The notes under the pieces were generated by a model. The model ran no database searches. It had not been told where the DNA came from and saw only the letters and a list, made by a program, of their open reading frames with translations. A program made the position numbers and the translations under genes. Shown in pieces: positions 61,865 through 64,000 of a stretch of 64,000 bases of DNA. This stretch comes from an uncultured Muribaculaceae bacterium (GTDB lineage: Bacteria; Bacteroidota; Bacteroidia; Bacteroidales; Muribaculaceae), in NCBI GenBank assembly GCA_910586995.1, contig CAJUKZ010000011.1, positions 1,819 through 65,818 of the forward strand, given 5' to 3'. Every line of letters begins with the position of its first letter. The first letter of the stretch is position 1.

Positions 61865-63361
61865 TCAGCGGAGGAACTTACCGAAGTCGGCGTTTCGCAT
61901 GTCGCCGGTCTCGTTGAATGCTGCGTGGAATGCGAATGCTGCGGTGAGGCTGTGTGGTGTCTGGCCACCCTTGCCTATCTTCAGGTATTCGCGCAGCAGC
62001 GGGCGATAGTCGGGATGTGCGCAGTTGTCGATGATGGCCTGAGCTTTCTGTACAGGATCTTTTGCGCGGAGGTCTGCCACGCCCTGGTCTGTAATGAGGA
62101 TGTCGACTGAGTGCTCGCTGTGGTCGGCATGTGCCACCATCGGGACGATGTTGGAGATGAGTCCGCCTTTGGTGACAGAGGGACATGAGAATATCGAGAT
62201 ATAGCCATTGCGGGTGAAGTCGCCTGAACCACCGATGCCGTTCATCATGCGTGTGCCCAGCACATGTGTGGAATTTACAGCACCGAATATGTCTGCTTCA
62301 AGGGCTGTGTTCATGGCTATGATGCCAAGGCGGCGTATTACTTCAGGATTATTGGATATCTCGGCAGGACGGATCACGAACTTGTCGTGGAAGAACTGCA
62401 TGTCGGAGAATACCTCGCGCATCATGTCGTCGCTGATAGTTAGTGAGCAAGTTGATGCAAAACGGCATTTGCCCATTTTGATCAGGTCGATGACGGAGTT
62501 CTGCACAACCTCTGTATACATTTCAAATGTCGGAACTTCGGTAGCTTCGCCAAGGTAGTTGAGTACGGCGTTGGCTACATTTCCTACTCCTGACTGCAGC
62601 GGGAGGAAGCCTTTTGGGATGCGGCCGGCCTGAAGTTCGTGGATGAGGAAATTTACGACATTAGCGCCAATCTGCTTTGATACTTCGTCGGGTTCGGTGA
62701 AAGGCTTCACGCCGTCGAGGGCATTTGAACGCACGACACCTACAACCTTGCGCGGATCAATGCGCAGCACCGGCGATCCGATTCGGTCGCTTGGCGAGTA
62801 GATGGGTATCTCGCGACGGTAGGGAGGATCTGCGGGCATATACAGGTCGTGCATTCCGCGCAGTTCCTTAGGCAAAGCTTCGTTTAGCTCAATGAATATT
62901 TTATCGGCAAGCATAGCCCAGGTGGGAGTATTGCCTGCGCCTGTGCCAAGTACGATTTCTCCGTCTTCGTTGATGTCGGAGGCTTCGATGATGGCGTAGT
63001 CAATCTTTCCGTAGAAACCGTAGCGGGCTTCTTGTGCCATCTCGCTCAGGTGACGGTCGAAGTAATGGGTGTCGTGGGAGTTGATGCGCAGTCTCAGATC
63101 GGGAGTGTTCTGATACGGAGCGCGCATGTTGATGGCATTGGCTCTTGCCAATGCGCCGTCGAGGTGCTGGTTGGTTGAAGCTCCGGAGAAAATGTTTACT
63201 TTGTATTCTCTACCGGCTTCATGCTCGGCGAGTGCTCGGGCGGCGATAGCTTCGGTGATTACCTTGGGCGATCCGGGGGCAGTGAATCCGGATGTTCCGA
63301 TGGTCTCAAGATGGCCGATCTGTGCGGCGGCTTCTTCGGGGGTGATGAAGTTGAATGCCAT
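61865..63361 (-). CDS. Succinate CoA-transferase / acetyl-CoA hydrolase family
   Basis: SGFT, GAST, LQSGVGNVANA, YTEV, MNGIGGSGDF, CAHPDY. Confidence 0.92.
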   Translation of the reverse strand: MAFNFITPEEAAAQIGHLETIGTSGFTAPGSPKVITEAIAARALAEHEAGREYKVNIFSGASTNQHLDGALARANAINMRAPYQNTPDLRLRINSHDTHYFDRHLSEMAQEARYGFYGKIDYAIIEASDINEDGEIVLGTGAGNTPTWAMLADKIFIELNEALPKELRGMHDLYMPADPPYRREIPIYSPSDRIGSPVLRIDPRKVVGVVRSNALDGVKPFTEPDEVSKQIGANVVNFLIHELQAGRIPKGFLPLQSGVGNVANAVLNYLGEATEVPTFEMYTEVVQNSVIDLIKMGKCRFASTCSLTISDDMMREVFSDMQFFHDKFVIRPAEISNNPEVIRRLGIIAMNTALEADIFGAVNSTHVLGTRMMNGIGGSGDFTRNGYISIFSCPSVTKGGLISNIVPMVAHADHSEHSVDILITDQGVADLRAKDPVQKAQAIIDNCAHPDYRPLLREYLKIGKGGQTPHSLTAAFAFHAAFNETGDMRNADFGKFLR

Positions 63362-63460
63362 TGCTTTTCGGGATAATTATTGTCTTGGTTGAATTTTATT
63401 GTGTTTTCAGATATTTTGCTTGAATTCATGAATGGAAGCCTTCTCTTGCTTCCGTCTTTT

Positions 63461-63835
63461 TCAGAACTTGCGGGCAAGAATCTCGCCCCAGATTATTCTG
63501 TCGCGGAGAACGTCTTTCTGCCGGTCGGACATAGTGGGGTCTGATATGGCGGCAATTGATTCGATAGTGGTGTCTGCTGTCACTCTTTCTCCTTCTTCCG
63601 GCAATGTGGCTGTAGGAATAGGGCTGGCAGGCTTGACGACGTTATGTATTTTTTTTACCTTGGCAACAGGCTTAGGCTTGGACGTGGCTGACGCTGAAGG
63701 CCTCTCTACCGGTAGTGGTGTGAAGTCACGCACGGCGGCTTGCTGCGCTTTCTTTTTATCGAAGTACTTCTTTAACTCCGATATTGCCGGGATAAGGAAT
63801 ACCAGCACGCCGATTATGAATTTCGCTGTCTCCAC
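63461..63835 (-). CDS. Hypothetical membrane-anchored protein
   Basis: GTG start after an A-rich leader; N-terminal TM, low-complexity linker, C-terminal IIWGEILARKF. Confidence 0.6.
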   Translation of the reverse strand: METAKFIIGVLVFLIPAISELKKYFDKKKAQQAAVRDFTPLPVERPSASATSKPKPVAKVKKIHNVVKPASPIPTATLPEEGERVTADTTIESIAAISDPTMSDRQKDVLRDRIIWGEILARKF

Positions 63836-63844
63836 TTTTTTATG

Positions 63845-63886
63845 TAATTTTGCACAAAAATAGAAATAATTGCGCAGAGCCACAAA
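63845..63886. promoter_or_regulatory. Interlocked promoters for miaB (+) and the 63835 gene (-)
   Basis: Plus TAATTTTG at 63845-63852; minus TATTTTTG at 63862-63855 with TTTG 20 nt upstream (63886-63883). Confidence 0.6.
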
Positions 63887-63899
63887 TTTTTAGTATAAA

Positions 63900-64000
63900 A
63901 TGTCTGACTTGATAAATAAAACGGCAGGTAATACCCCGGACAAATATTTGTATATCGAAACCTATGGCTGCCAGATGAATGTGGCCGACAGCGAGGTTGT
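63900..64000 (+). CDS. miaB: tRNA-2-methylthio-N6-dimethylallyladenosine synthase (5' fragment)
   Basis: MSDLINKTAGNTPDKYLYIETYGCQMNVADSEV; runs off the window end. Confidence 0.9.
   Translation, partial: MSDLINKTAGNTPDKYLYIETYGCQMNVADSEV

Noticed and set aside
1..64000. CRISPR arrays, tRNA/rRNA genes, IS elements, invertible promoters
   Set aside because: None recognised by eye; tRNAscan-SE, Infernal and ISEScan would be needed to exclude them formally.

Overview
A 64-kb chromosomal segment of a Bacteroidales bacterium. Gene content, roughly 50% GC core genes and TAnnTTTG promoters fit a Muribaculaceae-like gut organism (inference). It is mostly housekeeping: tamB-tamL, rlmH, nadC-ftsE-lysC-lysA-ybaK-aroC-radical SAM, korAB, cysteine synthase, metG-ansA-dgt, ompA, gdhA, DAHP synthase/chorismate mutase, aminopeptidase P, a DEAD-box helicase, rubrerythrin, cstA, floA, succinate CoA-transferase and the start of miaB. 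Three accessory features stand out. (1) An isolated, intact three-gene phage-head-like module at 33.7-36.0 kb (scaffold-like protein, possible head-completion protein, portal-like protein) with a host-type promoter and terminator, host-like GC and no integrase, capsid or terminase. It is a candidate domesticated phage module or part of a dispersed gene-transfer-agent-like system. (2) Two diverged copies (13.7-17.5 kb and 43.6-47.5 kb) of a two-gene cassette: an AT-rich clan CD (legumain/caspase-like) His-Cys protease with a T9SS-type C-terminal domain, followed by a BspA-type LRR lipoprotein. This is a candidate protease plus cognate partner/inhibitor system. (3) A lone YhcG/DUF1016 nuclease in AT-rich flanks. 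No rRNA, tRNA, CRISPR array, integrase or transposase was recognised. All family calls are from motif recognition by eye; no database searches were run.
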